Of a stretch of 47,809 nucleotides of DNA, positions 1-9,142 are shown piece by piece. Each line of letters opens with the position of its first letter. Positions within the stretch are counted from its first letter, which is position 1. This DNA is from Nitrospinaceae bacterium (GTDB lineage Bacteria; Nitrospinota; Nitrospinia; Nitrospinales; VA-1): NCBI GenBank assembly GCA_046754465.1, contig JBHHVU010000021.1, forward strand, positions 1-47,809, read 5' to 3'. The notes below the pieces were generated by a model. It made no database searches. It was not told where the DNA came from and saw nothing but the letters and a program-made list of their open reading frames with translations. The position numbers and the translations under genes were made by a program.

Positions 1-326
1 TCGAATTCCTTAATCCGTTCCCGCCCGTTTTCAGTTTCTATTTCAAATTCGCGCTTTCGTTTAAACTCCCTTTCGTTTTCTGCTTCATTTTCCCGTTCCC
101 GTTCCCGCTCCCGTGTAAATTCCCTTGCTTTTTCCCGATGTCTTATTGGGTCCGTCTCATTTTCTTCGGCAACCGCCGCAGTCAGGAATCCGTGGTTTTC
201 CTCGATCATCTTTTGGCGTTCAATGCCTGTTTCCCAAACTTCTGTTTCCATGGCCAGGCCATATGAAGGAAGTATTAGGAAAAAAACAAAACTCAGGGGT
301 GCATAAGATACCTGGGAATATTTCAT
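1..326 (-). CDS. Partial secreted protein with Glu/Arg-rich charged region (runs off the left edge)
   Basis: Not in the ORF track; translated by hand. Open frame from ATG at 326: MKYSQVSYAPLSFVFFLILPSYGLA-METEVWETGIERQKMIEENHG...REFTRERERERENEAENEREFKRKREFEIETENGRERIKEF. Signal-peptide-like N-terminus; AAGGA upstream. Confidence 0.7.
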   Translation of the reverse strand, partial: MKYSQVSYAPLSFVFFLILPSYGLAMETEVWETGIERQKMIEENHGFLTAAVAEENETDPIRHREKAREFTRERERERENEAENEREFKRKREFEIETENGRERIKEF

Positions 327-1000
327 GATTTTTATTTCCTTCTTTTTTGGAAACCTGTAAAAATTCCCTGGATGGGTTTTCTATTTTTTCTCAACCGGAA
401 ATTTTATGTTTGTTAATTTCTTTTACCCTTTAAAAAGTTTTTCCGAAAAAACTTTACGATGACTGGCTCATTTCGGAATTTTCGATTTCAGATGCGAATC
501 GTTGGAACATCGCCCCAAAAGTGCCCCCAATATACTCCGAAACCCATTAATAAAAAGTAAAAAATAACCTTCTATTAGTTATTAACTTGTTAAAATTAAA
601 GGGAAAATATCGGATGCCTGAAGGGATGGCGGGTTGGGATAAAAGCCAAACCGGATGTTTACGTTGATTCCTTGGCGGACATTTTTTTAAAACGGATTCC
701 TTCATCGGGCGGACCCCGGGGCGGTCTCCGTTAAATTCCGGAGAATACATTGTTTTTTAAATGTTATTTCAATCCAATTGGAGGAAAAAAACTCCTTACG
801 AAACCCGGACGGAAAAGTTACAATGATCGCCGTTGAGCGGAAGGGAACACCCCCCCCGCCTCTTCAAGGCAAAATTGCCCGCCGGCTATTGATGGGTCTT
901 CTCAAGAAGAATCCGATGCGGGAATTTCTTTTTTTGCAAAATTCAGAGAGGAGGGGGGGATTGATTCCCGCAACATGATAAATAAAGTTGTATCCATCCC

Positions 1001-1426
1001 ATGAGCGATTTTTTGAAATATATACCGCACCGGCCCCCCTTCCTGTTTGTGGACCGCGTGGTCGAGGAATCGGAAAACAGGATCCAAACTTTGAAGGAAG
1101 TCAAATCCGGCGAACCCTATTTCCAGGGTCACTTTCCCGGACACCCCATCATGCCGGGGGTCTTGATATGCGAATCGGTTTTTCAGGCGGGCGCGATTCT
1201 TATGGGAAAGCGGGGAAAGGAAGGGGACCGCAAAATACCGGTGATTGCCCGGATCCAAAACGTCAAGTTCAAACATGCCGTGGTGCCGGGAGATGTGTTG
1301 GACATCGAAGTCCGGTTGAAGGAAGTGGTGGGGCCGGCCCACTACCTGGCGGGGCGCGCGCGGTGCGGGGGAAAAACCGTGGCCACCCTGGAATTTACCG
1401 CCATGCTGGTGGAAGAAGAGCCCTGA
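1001..1426 (+). CDS. fabZ: 3-hydroxyacyl-ACP dehydratase (FabZ, hotdog fold)
   Basis: IPHRPPFLFVDRV and FQGHFPGHPIMPGVLICE motifs; adjacent to an enoyl-ACP reductase. Confidence 0.9.
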   Translation: MSDFLKYIPHRPPFLFVDRVVEESENRIQTLKEVKSGEPYFQGHFPGHPIMPGVLICESVFQAGAILMGKRGKEGDRKIPVIARIQNVKFKHAVVPGDVLDIEVRLKEVVGPAHYLAGRARCGGKTVATLEFTAMLVEEEP

Positions 1427-1504
1427 TCCCACTCCACCGGCCGGCCGGGGAATAAAGGCGCCTTCTTATTTGGAGTCATCCTCCATCCTTGGAGCAAAAA
1501 TCCT

Positions 1505-2326
1505 TTGAGTTTTCTCAACCTTGAAAATAAAACCTATCTCGTATTGGGTGTGGCCAATAAAAAGAGCGTCGCCTTCCATATTGGAAAAACCCTTGCCGAA
1601 GAGGGCGCCCGGGTGCTTTATGGCGTTCGGTCGGAGGCGCGGAAAAAATCGGTGGCCAAACTCCTCGCTCCCGCGCCGGTTTACGTTTGTGACGTGGAAC
1701 AGGAACAGGAAATAGAGCGCCTGGAAAAAGAAATTTCCAGGGACCATCCCGTCCTCCACGGCCTGGTGCATTCCATCGCCTTCGCCAATTATTCCCAGGG
1801 AACCAAACCCTTCCACGAGACGGCGAAAGCCGATTTTCTGCAATCCGTCGATATCACCTGCTTTTCCCTGATCCGCCTGGCCCGGGCTTTTAAGGACCGG
1901 TTTGATCCCGACGCCTCCGTGGTCACCGTTTCCATCTCAACCACGCGGATGGCGGCGGAGAATTATGGTTACATGGCGCCCGCCAAGGCGGCCCTCGATT
2001 CGTCGCTATGTTTTTTGGCGAAATCGTTCAGCGGGTTCTCACGAGTCCGGTTCAATTCCGTTAACGCGGGCCTGCTCAAGACTTCCGCTTCCGCGGGCAT
2101 TCCCGGGTACATCGATTCCTACCTTTACGCCGAACAACTCACCCTCCGTAAAAAAGCGCTGACGACCCAGGAGGCAGCCAACGCCGCCGTGTTTCTTTTG
2201 AGCGAACGGTCCAGCGGCATCAACGCCCGCGGGATCGTCCTCGACGCCGGGATGTCGGTAAACTATTTCGATCAGGACCTCGTCAAAAAAGCCATGCGGC
2301 CCCCGGGAGAGAAGGGTCCGGCCTGA
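1505..2326 (+). CDS. fabI: Enoyl-ACP reductase (FabI-type SDR)
   Basis: [19 protein letters not shown], catalytic [12 protein letters not shown] and LKTSASAGI motifs; TTG start with GGAG upstream. Confidence 0.88.
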   Translation: MSFLNLENKTYLVLGVANKKSVAFHIGKTLAEEGARVLYGVRSEARKKSVAKLLAPAPVYVCDVEQEQEIERLEKEISRDHPVLHGLVHSIAFANYSQGTKPFHETAKADFLQSVDITCFSLIRLARAFKDRFDPDASVVTVSISTTRMAAENYGYMAPAKAALDSSLCFLAKSFSGFSRVRFNSVNAGLLKTSASAGIPGYIDSYLYAEQLTLRKKALTTQEAANAAVFLLSERSSGINARGIVLDAGMSVNYFDQDLVKKAMRPPGEKGPA

Positions 2327-2344
2327 TCTCCCGCCGGCCTGGCG

Positions 2345-3133
2345 TTAGAAGTCACGGACGCGTTCGACCAGTTCGGGATGGTCGATGAAAGGGTTCCGGT
2401 TACCCTGCACGATTTCTATCAGGGAATTTCTTTCTTCTTCCCACCGGCCGGGAGGATCGTTGAGATGCCACATCCGCAGCCTGTCCTCGAGTTCTCCAGG
2501 AATAGGAATCCGGTATTGGTAGGCCATGTAGAAATAGGCGCGGGCGAAATCCCCGCGGACCCCGGTTCTCGGTTCCGACGGCGCCTTGTTTTCTTCACTG
2601 CAAAACCTGTATTCCTCCATGCCCCCAAACCACGCGGATTTGGAGCCGGGCCGGGGTTCGGTTTGTTCCGCCACGATGGCGGGAAACAGGTTGTGCATGT
2701 CCGCTTCCCGGGTCTTGAATTTCGGGGAAATTTCCCGGCAGCATTGGGGCCGCGGAAGGCCGGTTCGGCCGACCCGGGTACAGGACTTTTTTTTCCAGCA
2801 ATTCAAGGGGTTCGCGAAGACCGTGATAGGGACGGCGTGGACCCATTCGAGGATTTTCGGTTTTTTTTTCATCCCCGGTTGCCGGGGTGCCTGCTCGCAA
2901 AGGGTGGAAAATACCTGTTTGAGTTTGTCAAAATAACACCCGCAATGCAGCGTCTGTGTGTGAGAGCCCGCCAGATAGATTTTTTTCAGTTGCTTTTTGG
3001 ATATCTCTGCACTGACCATTCGGGAAGGCTGAAAAAGTTTCGGATCGACCTCCTGGGATAGCCCAGATGCGGGATGATATAATAAAAGCGCAAGAATGAT
3101 GATATATTGAAGAAAGTTCTCCATTTTTCGCAT
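2345..3133 (-). CDS. Endonuclease I (EndA/Vvn) family protein, exported, with divergent active site
   Basis: TLHCGC, EWVHAVP, EADMHNLFPA, RGDFARAYFYM and QGNRNPF motifs; hydrophobic signal region. Start placed at ATG 3133 rather than the ORF-track start. Confidence 0.85.
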   Translation of the reverse strand: MRKMENFLQYIIILALLLYHPASGLSQEVDPKLFQPSRMVSAEISKKQLKKIYLAGSHTQTLHCGCYFDKLKQVFSTLCEQAPRQPGMKKKPKILEWVHAVPITVFANPLNCWKKKSCTRVGRTGLPRPQCCREISPKFKTREADMHNLFPAIVAEQTEPRPGSKSAWFGGMEEYRFCSEENKAPSEPRTGVRGDFARAYFYMAYQYRIPIPGELEDRLRMWHLNDPPGRWEEERNSLIEIVQGNRNPFIDHPELVERVRDF

Positions 3134-3148
3134 GCGGAGATTATAACA
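3134..3148 (-). promoter_or_regulatory. Extended -10 promoter (TGnTATAAT) immediately before the endonuclease I ATG
   Basis: Minus strand reads TGT-TATAAT-CTCCGC-ATG. Confidence 0.55.
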
Positions 3149-3311
3149 AAATTCCGTTAAAATTTTTCTGTAGGGAAAGGGACTGTTCAGGAGATACCTT
3201 GCCGGAAGCAAATTGTATGGATTCTTCCCTCCCCGGACCGGGCTCTGGCAATCCGGATGAGGGGAAACGGAATCGGGATTCCGCGAGAGAAACCCTGGAA
3301 AGTATCGCCGA

Positions 3312-4301
3312 ATGAGTCAGATCATCCTCCCCAAACCTTGGCGGGTGCCCCAAAAAGAGATCACTCCGGAACCGGTGTTCAACAACCGCCGCCATTTTCT
3401 GAAGTTGATGGGGTTCACGGTGGCGGGCATCGCCGGTGCGTTTTATGCTCCCCCGGCCTTCGCCGGGAGCGGACTCTCCAAATTAGAGGGGATGTTGGAA
3501 GAAAAAAAACGCGACGGTCCGCTGACGCCCATCTCCCATTCTCCGCGCAACCCGGACTACACGGTCCGGCGTCCGCTCACTTATGAAATCGCTGCCCTCA
3601 AGTACAACAATTTTTACGAATTCACTTCGGTGAAAAACCGAGTGTGGCAGGCGGTGGACCGTTTCCAGCCGCGCCCCTGGCAAATTGAGATCGGCGGACT
3701 GGTCGAAAAGCCCGGGGTCCATGATATCGATGATTTCATTCGGTCCTTCAGTCAGGAAGAAAGAGTTTACCGTCACCGCTGTGTCGAAACCTGGGCCATG
3801 GTCGTCCCCTGGATCGGGTTTCCGTTGAGTGACTTGATCGATAAAGTTCAACCCAAGGCCAAGGCGAAATACGTCAAATTTACCAGTTTCATGGATCCGG
3901 ATGTTGCGCCGGGGCAAAAACGTTATAACAACCTGCCCTGGCCCTATACCGAAGGGCTGACTCTGGAAGAGGCCAAGAACGAAATGACCTTTATGGCCAC
4001 CGGCATTTACGGGCATATCCTGCCCAACCAGCATGGCGCGCCGTTCCGGCTGGTGGTTCCGTGGAAATACGGATTCAAGAGCATCAAATCCATTGTCAAA
4101 ATCGAGTTCACCGAAGCCCAGCCGGCGACCTTTTGGAACACGTTGGTTCCCGAGGAGTATGATTTCCAGGCCAACGTCGACCCGGATGTCCCCCATCCCC
4201 GGTGGTCGCAGAGGCGCGAAAAAATGATTGGCACGGGCGAGGTCTTTGCCACGCAGAAATATAACGGTTACGGCGAATTTGCAGCCTCCCTCTACGCGTA
4301 A
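3312..4301 (+). CDS. msrP: Protein-methionine-sulfoxide reductase catalytic subunit (molybdopterin, Tat-exported)
   Basis: EITPE..FNNRRHFLK Tat motif, YNNFYEF, RHRCVETW (Mo-ligand Cys), GAPFRLVVPWKYGFKSIKSI, HPRWSQ. Confidence 0.95.
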   Translation: MSQIILPKPWRVPQKEITPEPVFNNRRHFLKLMGFTVAGIAGAFYAPPAFAGSGLSKLEGMLEEKKRDGPLTPISHSPRNPDYTVRRPLTYEIAALKYNNFYEFTSVKNRVWQAVDRFQPRPWQIEIGGLVEKPGVHDIDDFIRSFSQEERVYRHRCVETWAMVVPWIGFPLSDLIDKVQPKAKAKYVKFTSFMDPDVAPGQKRYNNLPWPYTEGLTLEEAKNEMTFMATGIYGHILPNQHGAPFRLVVPWKYGFKSIKSIVKIEFTEAQPATFWNTLVPEEYDFQANVDPDVPHPRWSQRREKMIGTGEVFATQKYNGYGEFAASLYA

Positions 4302-4435
4302 TCCCCTTCCCTCCACAATTTTTCCCCGAACCGGAATATCTTGCCCGGTATTCGTTTTTTCCCCACTAAAAATACCTTCCACCCCAATTATCATAACTGT
4401 TGATATTGAAACGTTTTTCGGAACGCTTTACGGAT

Positions 4436-4452
4436 TTGGCATACCTTTTGCT
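4436..4452 (+). promoter_or_regulatory. Sigma54 (-24/-12) promoter of fliK-flgD-flgE
   Basis: TTGGCATACCTTTTGCT: GG-N10-GC spacing, matching TGGCAC-N5-TTGCW, about 50 bp before the fliK ATG. Confidence 0.8.
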
Positions 4453-4503
4453 TTTTAAGGGGAAGCGCAATATTCGCGGCAACCCCGTTAACCGGAGAAA
4501 AAA

Positions 4504-5976
4504 ATGGTCCCTCAGGCCGATATTACATTGATCCTCTCTCAGCCGCCCGACGCGGGCAGGCCCGATAGCGGATCCAGGTCCGAGGCCGGGAATACGCGTT
4601 TCCAGGATGTCATGGAGAATGCCGTCCGCGGCGCATCCCGTCGGGAGACTCCAAACGCGGCCGCCGCCTCGGCAGAACAAAACACCGTCCGGAGAGAAGA
4701 GGACCCGGCCGGGCCCGAAGATAGATCTCCCAACCTGGACAGCCGTGTGACCGGGCCCACCCCTGGAGGTCCCGCGGATTCCCCTCCATCCGCCGATTCG
4801 GGCGCGGCAGCCATTGAAAACTCCATCCGGCAATTGGATCAACTCGGCGTCCTGAACCTCCATCGAAACCAGATCGATGCCTTGCTCGGTCTCCTCGAAG
4901 GGGGTGCGGGTACGGACCTTCAAGCCCTCCTGCAATCCCTGGCCCAGTCATTGAACCTGACCGCAACCCAGCAGAACCAGGTGGCCGAGTTTTTCAAACA
5001 GGCGGGGTTGACGGAACAACAGGCCCGGAACCTGCTGGCCAATCTCCAGAACGCTCAAACGGGCAATGCTCCTGTTGGGGTGGCACAAAACCTTTCGGAT
5101 CCAGCCGCCGTTTCGGCGGAAGGGGCATCGAGCGTTGCGGCGAAAGGGGCATCGAGCGTTGCGGCGAAAGGGGATGGGGTTTCCCGGTTGGCCCAGCCGT
5201 CCCAGGCCGGAACCCCTCAGGAACGGCTCTCGCCCATGGAGACGATTCTTTCTCAGGCTGAAAATCAATCCGGCTCCTCACCCGAAAATCAAAATCAGAA
5301 CAATGGACCCCAGGGTTTTAAAATGAAAGACCTGCTTCCCGACTCCCGGAACTTGATCAACCCACCGCTCACTGAAAATCAATCCCCTTTCTCTTCCCCC
5401 CTGAAAGGAACGGAGGGGTTGAAAACGCCGGTGGACGTTCGGGTGGAAAGCCTCACCGCCGTTTCCAATCCGGCCCCCAAGTCGGTGGAGGGCGGCGCGC
5501 CGGTCCAACTGGAAACCATTATCTCCCGGGGACCCGGCGAGTCCCGGGTGATGGAGCAAATCCTCAACAAGGTGATTTTCAGGTCCAATGGGTCCCGGAA
5601 CGAGATTCGGATACGGCTCGAACCGCCTTCCCTGGGCACCGTTCGCATGAACATCACCACCAGCGGTGATTCCGTCCGCACGGTCATCGTGGCCGATAAC
5701 CACACCGTCAAGCAGATTATCGAGAACAACTTTACCCAGTTGCGGGATTCCCTGAACGGGCAGGGATTGAAGGTGGATGACTTCACCGTGCTGGTGGGCG
5801 GCAATTCGGCCCAGAATGGGGGTTCTTACTCCCAGCCTGGCGAACAAACCGGTTTCGGCGGCTTCGGGGATTACCAGGACCCCCTTCTTTCAGAAACACG
5901 GACCGACGAAGCCCGGCCGCCTGCGGGGATAAGAATGATTTATGGGGACTCGCAAACGATTAGCGTTTTTGCGTGA
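4504..5976 (+). CDS. fliK: Flagellar hook-length control protein
   Basis: Long low-complexity P/S/Q/A-rich N-region; C-terminal T3S4 domain (IRIRLEPPSLGTV...IENNFTQLRDSLNGQGLKV); directly upstream of flgD-flgE. Confidence 0.88.
   Translation: MVPQADITLILSQPPDAGRPDSGSRSEAGNTRFQDVMENAVRGASRRETPNAAAASAEQNTVRREEDPAGPEDRSPNLDSRVTGPTPGGPADSPPSADSGAAAIENSIRQLDQLGVLNLHRNQIDALLGLLEGGAGTDLQALLQSLAQSLNLTATQQNQVAEFFKQAGLTEQQARNLLANLQNAQTGNAPVGVAQNLSDPAAVSAEGASSVAAKGASSVAAKGDGVSRLAQPSQAGTPQERLSPMETILSQAENQSGSSPENQNQNNGPQGFKMKDLLPDSRNLINPPLTENQSPFSSPLKGTEGLKTPVDVRVESLTAVSNPAPKSVEGGAPVQLETIISRGPGESRVMEQILNKVIFRSNGSRNEIRIRLEPPSLGTVRMNITTSGDSVRTVIVADNHTVKQIIENNFTQLRDSLNGQGLKVDDFTVLVGGNSAQNGGSYSQPGEQTGFGGFGDYQDPLLSETRTDEARPPAGIRMIYGDSQTISVFA
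5120..5173 (+). repeat. In-frame 24-bp tandem repeat (about 2.25 copies) inside fliK
   Basis: AAGGGGCATCGAGCGTTGCGGCGA at 5120 and 5144, plus partial AAGGGG at 5168; encodes GASSVAAK twice. Confidence 0.9.
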
Positions 5977-6016
5977 ACTGAAAACCTTGAACACCGTCTC
6001 CGAGGAGATTTGAAAT

Positions 6017-6676
6017 ATGATACCTGGACTCACCCCCTTTCCAAGCAATACGAACAATACCACCGCTCCCGCGGCGGGCCAGGCGCTGGGCAAGGATGAC
6101 TTTCTCAAACTCCTGGTGGCACAGCTCCAGGCTCAGGACCCGTTGAGCCCGATGGACGCGCAGGACTTCAGCGCCCAGTTGGCCCAGTTCAGCACCCTGG
6201 AACAGATCACGAACGTGAACCAGAATCTCGAGGAAATCCAGAAATTCGAGGCAGCCCTGAACAACTCCTCGGCGATCAACCTGATCGGCAAGAAAATCGA
6301 CGCCCCAGGCGACACGATCGATTACCAAACCGGGGAATCCAAAACCTTGAACTATTCGCTGCCAGAGGACGCAGGCAAGGTCAAGGTGGACATCCTTGAC
6401 AGTACCGGGAAGAAGGTGACCACCATCTCCGTGGGGAACCAGTTGGCGGGCAGCCATCAGGTGGTTTGGAAAGGGATCGACGGCCAGGGCAAGCCGGTCA
6501 GCCCGGGGTCCTACTCCTTCCAGGTGAGAGCCGAAAATAACGCCGGGGATGACTTGGCGGGAAACACTTTCATCGTGGGACAAGTGACCGACGTTGTTTT
6601 CGAGGATGGGAAGTCTTTCGCCATCGTCAACGGCCAAAAATTAGCGGTGAGTGAAATCTCACGCATCAGTCTTTAA
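6017..6676 (+). CDS. flgD: Flagellar hook capping protein
   Basis: LGKDDFLKLLVAQLQAQDPLSPMD...AQLAQFSTLEQ; C-terminal FlgD Ig-like region (WKGIDGQG...GSYSF). Confidence 0.95.
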   Translation: MIPGLTPFPSNTNNTTAPAAGQALGKDDFLKLLVAQLQAQDPLSPMDAQDFSAQLAQFSTLEQITNVNQNLEEIQKFEAALNNSSAINLIGKKIDAPGDTIDYQTGESKTLNYSLPEDAGKVKVDILDSTGKKVTTISVGNQLAGSHQVVWKGIDGQGKPVSPGSYSFQVRAENNAGDDLAGNTFIVGQVTDVVFEDGKSFAIVNGQKLAVSEISRISL

Positions 6677-6699
6677 CCCAAAGCAGAGGAGAGCCACTC

Positions 6700-7938
6700 A
6701 TGGGGCTAATCAGTTCATTATTCACCGGAACCACCGGGCTCATCAGCAATTCACAGGCGTTGAGCGTGATTGGCGACAACATCGCCAACGTCAACACCGT
6801 CGGTTATAAGGGCAGCAAAGCCGTGTTCAGCGACGTATTCAGCACCTTGCTGACCAATGGGCCGGTGACCAGCCAGGTTGGCAGGGGGTCTCAGTTACAG
6901 AGCGTCCTGCAATCGTTTTCTCAGGGTTCTTTTGAATCTTCCTCCAACGCGCTGGACCTTGCCATCGACGGTTCCGGATTCTTCATCGTCAACAATGGGA
7001 CGGGAAATTTTTATACCCGCGCGGGCCAGTTCCGGCTGAATGATAAAGGCCTGGTTCAATCCGTCAGCGGGGAAGTCCTTCAGGGGTTCAAGATCACGCA
7101 GGGGGTCACCGCTTCGGGCCTGTCCAATGTCGATCTGGCGGGGGTTCAATCGGCGCCCCAGGCGTCGACCACCTTCACCCTGGGAGCCAACCTCAACGCC
7201 GCATCATCCGGGGGCACCACCTTCAATTCTCCGGTGACTCTCTTCAATTCCGTGGGAACCCAGGTGATCGCCAACATCGCTTTCACCAAGGCCGTCACGG
7301 GAAACACCTGGAATTTCGTGATCAACCCCTCGCAGGGCACGGTGACCACCGGGGGGTCGGGATCCATCACCTTCGACACCACCGGTCAAATCTCCTCCGT
7401 CAATGGAGGGGCCGCGGCGGACTTGTCGATCGTCATCGATTATTCCTCGGCCAATCCGCCCGCCAGCGCTCAGACCCTGACCTGGGACTTGGTAAATTCC
7501 GCGGGCGCTCCCAACGGCAAACTGACCGGATTCGCCGCCCAGTCGAACAATAATTCCCTGGTGCAGGACGGATTCCCCACCGGCGTATTGGTTGGCTTGT
7601 CGGTGGATAGCAAGGGGATCATTTCCGGCCTGTTCAGTAACGGCCAGTCCGACGAACTGTTCCAGGTGGCCCTGGCGGACTTCCTTTCGCCGGTGGGGCT
7701 GACGCGGACCGGGCAAAATCTTTTCGCCGAATCGGGCCAATCCGGCCAGCCCATCATCGGCACCGCCGAGACCGGCGGATTCGGATCGGTCCTCGGCAGT
7801 TCTCTGGAATTGTCCAACGTGGACTTGGCGACCGAGTTCGTTACCATGATCCAGACCCAGCAGGCCTTTCAGGCGGCCGCCCGGGTCATTACCACGACCG
7901 ACAATCTTTTGACCGAGACCGTGAACCTCGTCCGGTAA
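6700..7938 (+). CDS. flgE: Flagellar hook protein
   Basis: VIGDNIANVNTVGYK, DLAIDGSGFF, YTRAGQF, LELSNVDLATEFVTMI. Confidence 0.95.
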   Translation: MGLISSLFTGTTGLISNSQALSVIGDNIANVNTVGYKGSKAVFSDVFSTLLTNGPVTSQVGRGSQLQSVLQSFSQGSFESSSNALDLAIDGSGFFIVNNGTGNFYTRAGQFRLNDKGLVQSVSGEVLQGFKITQGVTASGLSNVDLAGVQSAPQASTTFTLGANLNAASSGGTTFNSPVTLFNSVGTQVIANIAFTKAVTGNTWNFVINPSQGTVTTGGSGSITFDTTGQISSVNGGAAADLSIVIDYSSANPPASAQTLTWDLVNSAGAPNGKLTGFAAQSNNNSLVQDGFPTGVLVGLSVDSKGIISGLFSNGQSDELFQVALADFLSPVGLTRTGQNLFAESGQSGQPIIGTAETGGFGSVLGSSLELSNVDLATEFVTMIQTQQAFQAAARVITTTDNLLTETVNLVR

Positions 7939-7985
7939 TCGGGAAAATAATTCTATTTTCGTTCGCACGCCCGGCCCCCGGGAAG

Positions 7986-8040
7986 GGAGATGGGTCAATC
8001 TAAACAGCCTATCAATCTCAGTTCGGCATATAACGCATAT
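7986..8040 (+). repeat. Left copy of a 55-bp imperfect inverted repeat
   Basis: 47/55 identical by hand alignment to the reverse complement of 9088-9142. Confidence 0.85.
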
Positions 8041-8065
8041 CAAATTGCCCGGTCCGGCTTGCCAC

Positions 8066-8092
8066 GCCCGGGTTTCGGCCCGGGCTTTTTTT
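8066..8092 (+). terminator. Rho-independent terminator after flgE
   Basis: GCCCGGGT-TTCG-GCCCGGGC stem-loop followed by T7. Confidence 0.85.
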
Positions 8093-8143
8093 GGCTTTTT
8101 TTTTGTGTGTGCAGGCGGAAGGGGACTCTGCTACATTGTACCC

Positions 8144-9061
8144 ATGAATGGGAATTCCCATATCCAGGAAGTCAAATCGGCGACCCTTCTTCGGTTCAAT
8201 GACCTTTGGCGGCGCAACTTCCAATCCAACCAAGCCGCCATCCGCCGCAATCCCGGCGTGGCCGCCCTGAAAAACAGGTTTCGGGGAGTTCCCGCCATCG
8301 TGGTGGGGGCCGGTCCTTCGCTGGATAAAAACATCCGGCACCTGGGTCAGGCGGTGGGGAAGGCGGTTCTCATCGCCAGCGATGCCGCGCTCAAACCCCT
8401 CTTGGCGCACAACATCCCGCCGACGTTCGTCACCTGCCTCGACCCCCAGCAGGACATCACCAAGTTTTTCACCGGCGTGCCGCACCGCGGGATGACCTTG
8501 GTGGCGCCGACCATCCTGCATCCTCATGTGCTCGCCCTTTGGGAGGGCGGGGTGGTCTTCTACAATAAATTCGCTCCCGATATCCCCAGCCTGGTGGAAA
8601 TCCAGAACCAGTCGCCCCGCCTCGGCTGCCTCACCCCCGGCGGCAGCGTGCTGTCCATCGCCTATGACCTGGCGTTTCAAACCGGGGCCAATCCCATCCT
8701 GTTCGTGGGACAGGACCTGTCGTATCCCAAAAAAAAGACCTACAGCCGGGAAAGTGAGAACGCCGAGGAAAACCTGGAAGCCACGATGATCCGGCAGCGG
8801 GAAAATATCGTTTACGAAACCGACATGAACGGTCAGACCTTGCCCACCCTTAAATCCATGTCCGTTTCCAAACAATGGTTCCACTGGGCGTTCACCACCT
8901 GGAAACGGGAAGGCCCCGCCGAGATCATCAACTGCAGCGAGGCGGGAATCCTGACCGGCCATTGCACCCTCATGCCCTTGCGCGAAGCAATTTACCGGTA
9001 CTGCCGCAAGAAAGTGAACGTCGCCTGGACCCTGCAAAAAGCCCTCAAGCGGAAAAAGTGA
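8144..9061 (+). CDS. Motility-associated factor (Maf)/DUF115 (MptE-like) putative flagellin glycosyltransferase
   Basis: PAIVVGAGPSLDKNI, IPPTFVTCLDP, GGSVLSIAYDLA, PILFVGQDLSY, IINCSEAG; next to flagellar genes. Start moved to ATG 8144. Confidence 0.82.
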   Translation: MNGNSHIQEVKSATLLRFNDLWRRNFQSNQAAIRRNPGVAALKNRFRGVPAIVVGAGPSLDKNIRHLGQAVGKAVLIASDAALKPLLAHNIPPTFVTCLDPQQDITKFFTGVPHRGMTLVAPTILHPHVLALWEGGVVFYNKFAPDIPSLVEIQNQSPRLGCLTPGGSVLSIAYDLAFQTGANPILFVGQDLSYPKKKTYSRESENAEENLEATMIRQRENIVYETDMNGQTLPTLKSMSVSKQWFHWAFTTWKREGPAEIINCSEAGILTGHCTLMPLREAIYRYCRKKVNVAWTLQKALKRKK

Positions 9062-9087
9062 GGGGAGTACCTCCCCAGGTAGTTGGA

Positions 9088-9142
9088 ATAGGCGTTATAT
9101 GGCGGACCCAGATCGATAGGCGGTTTAGATTGACCTATCTCC
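9088..9142 (-). repeat. Right copy of the 55-bp imperfect inverted repeat; overlaps the stop codon of the FGE-fold gene
   Basis: Reverse complement GGAGATAGGTCAATCTAAACCGCCTATCGATCTGGGTCCGCCATATAACGCCTAT matches 7986-8040. Confidence 0.85.

Noticed and set aside
330..1000. Short ORFs in the AT-rich region before fabZ
   Set aside because: No convincing RBS or protein motifs; most likely a divergent promoter region.
1001..2326. fabZ-fabI as part of a specialised (for example ladderane-type) lipid cluster
   Set aside because: No ACP, ketosynthase, radical SAM or methyltransferase genes adjacent, so there is nothing beyond ordinary type II fatty acid synthesis.
8025..9102. Integron attC sites (ATATAAC / GTTATAT motifs in the repeats)
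   Set aside because: Neither copy has a matching GTTRRRY end at attC distance, the copies are inverted rather than direct, and no integrase is present.
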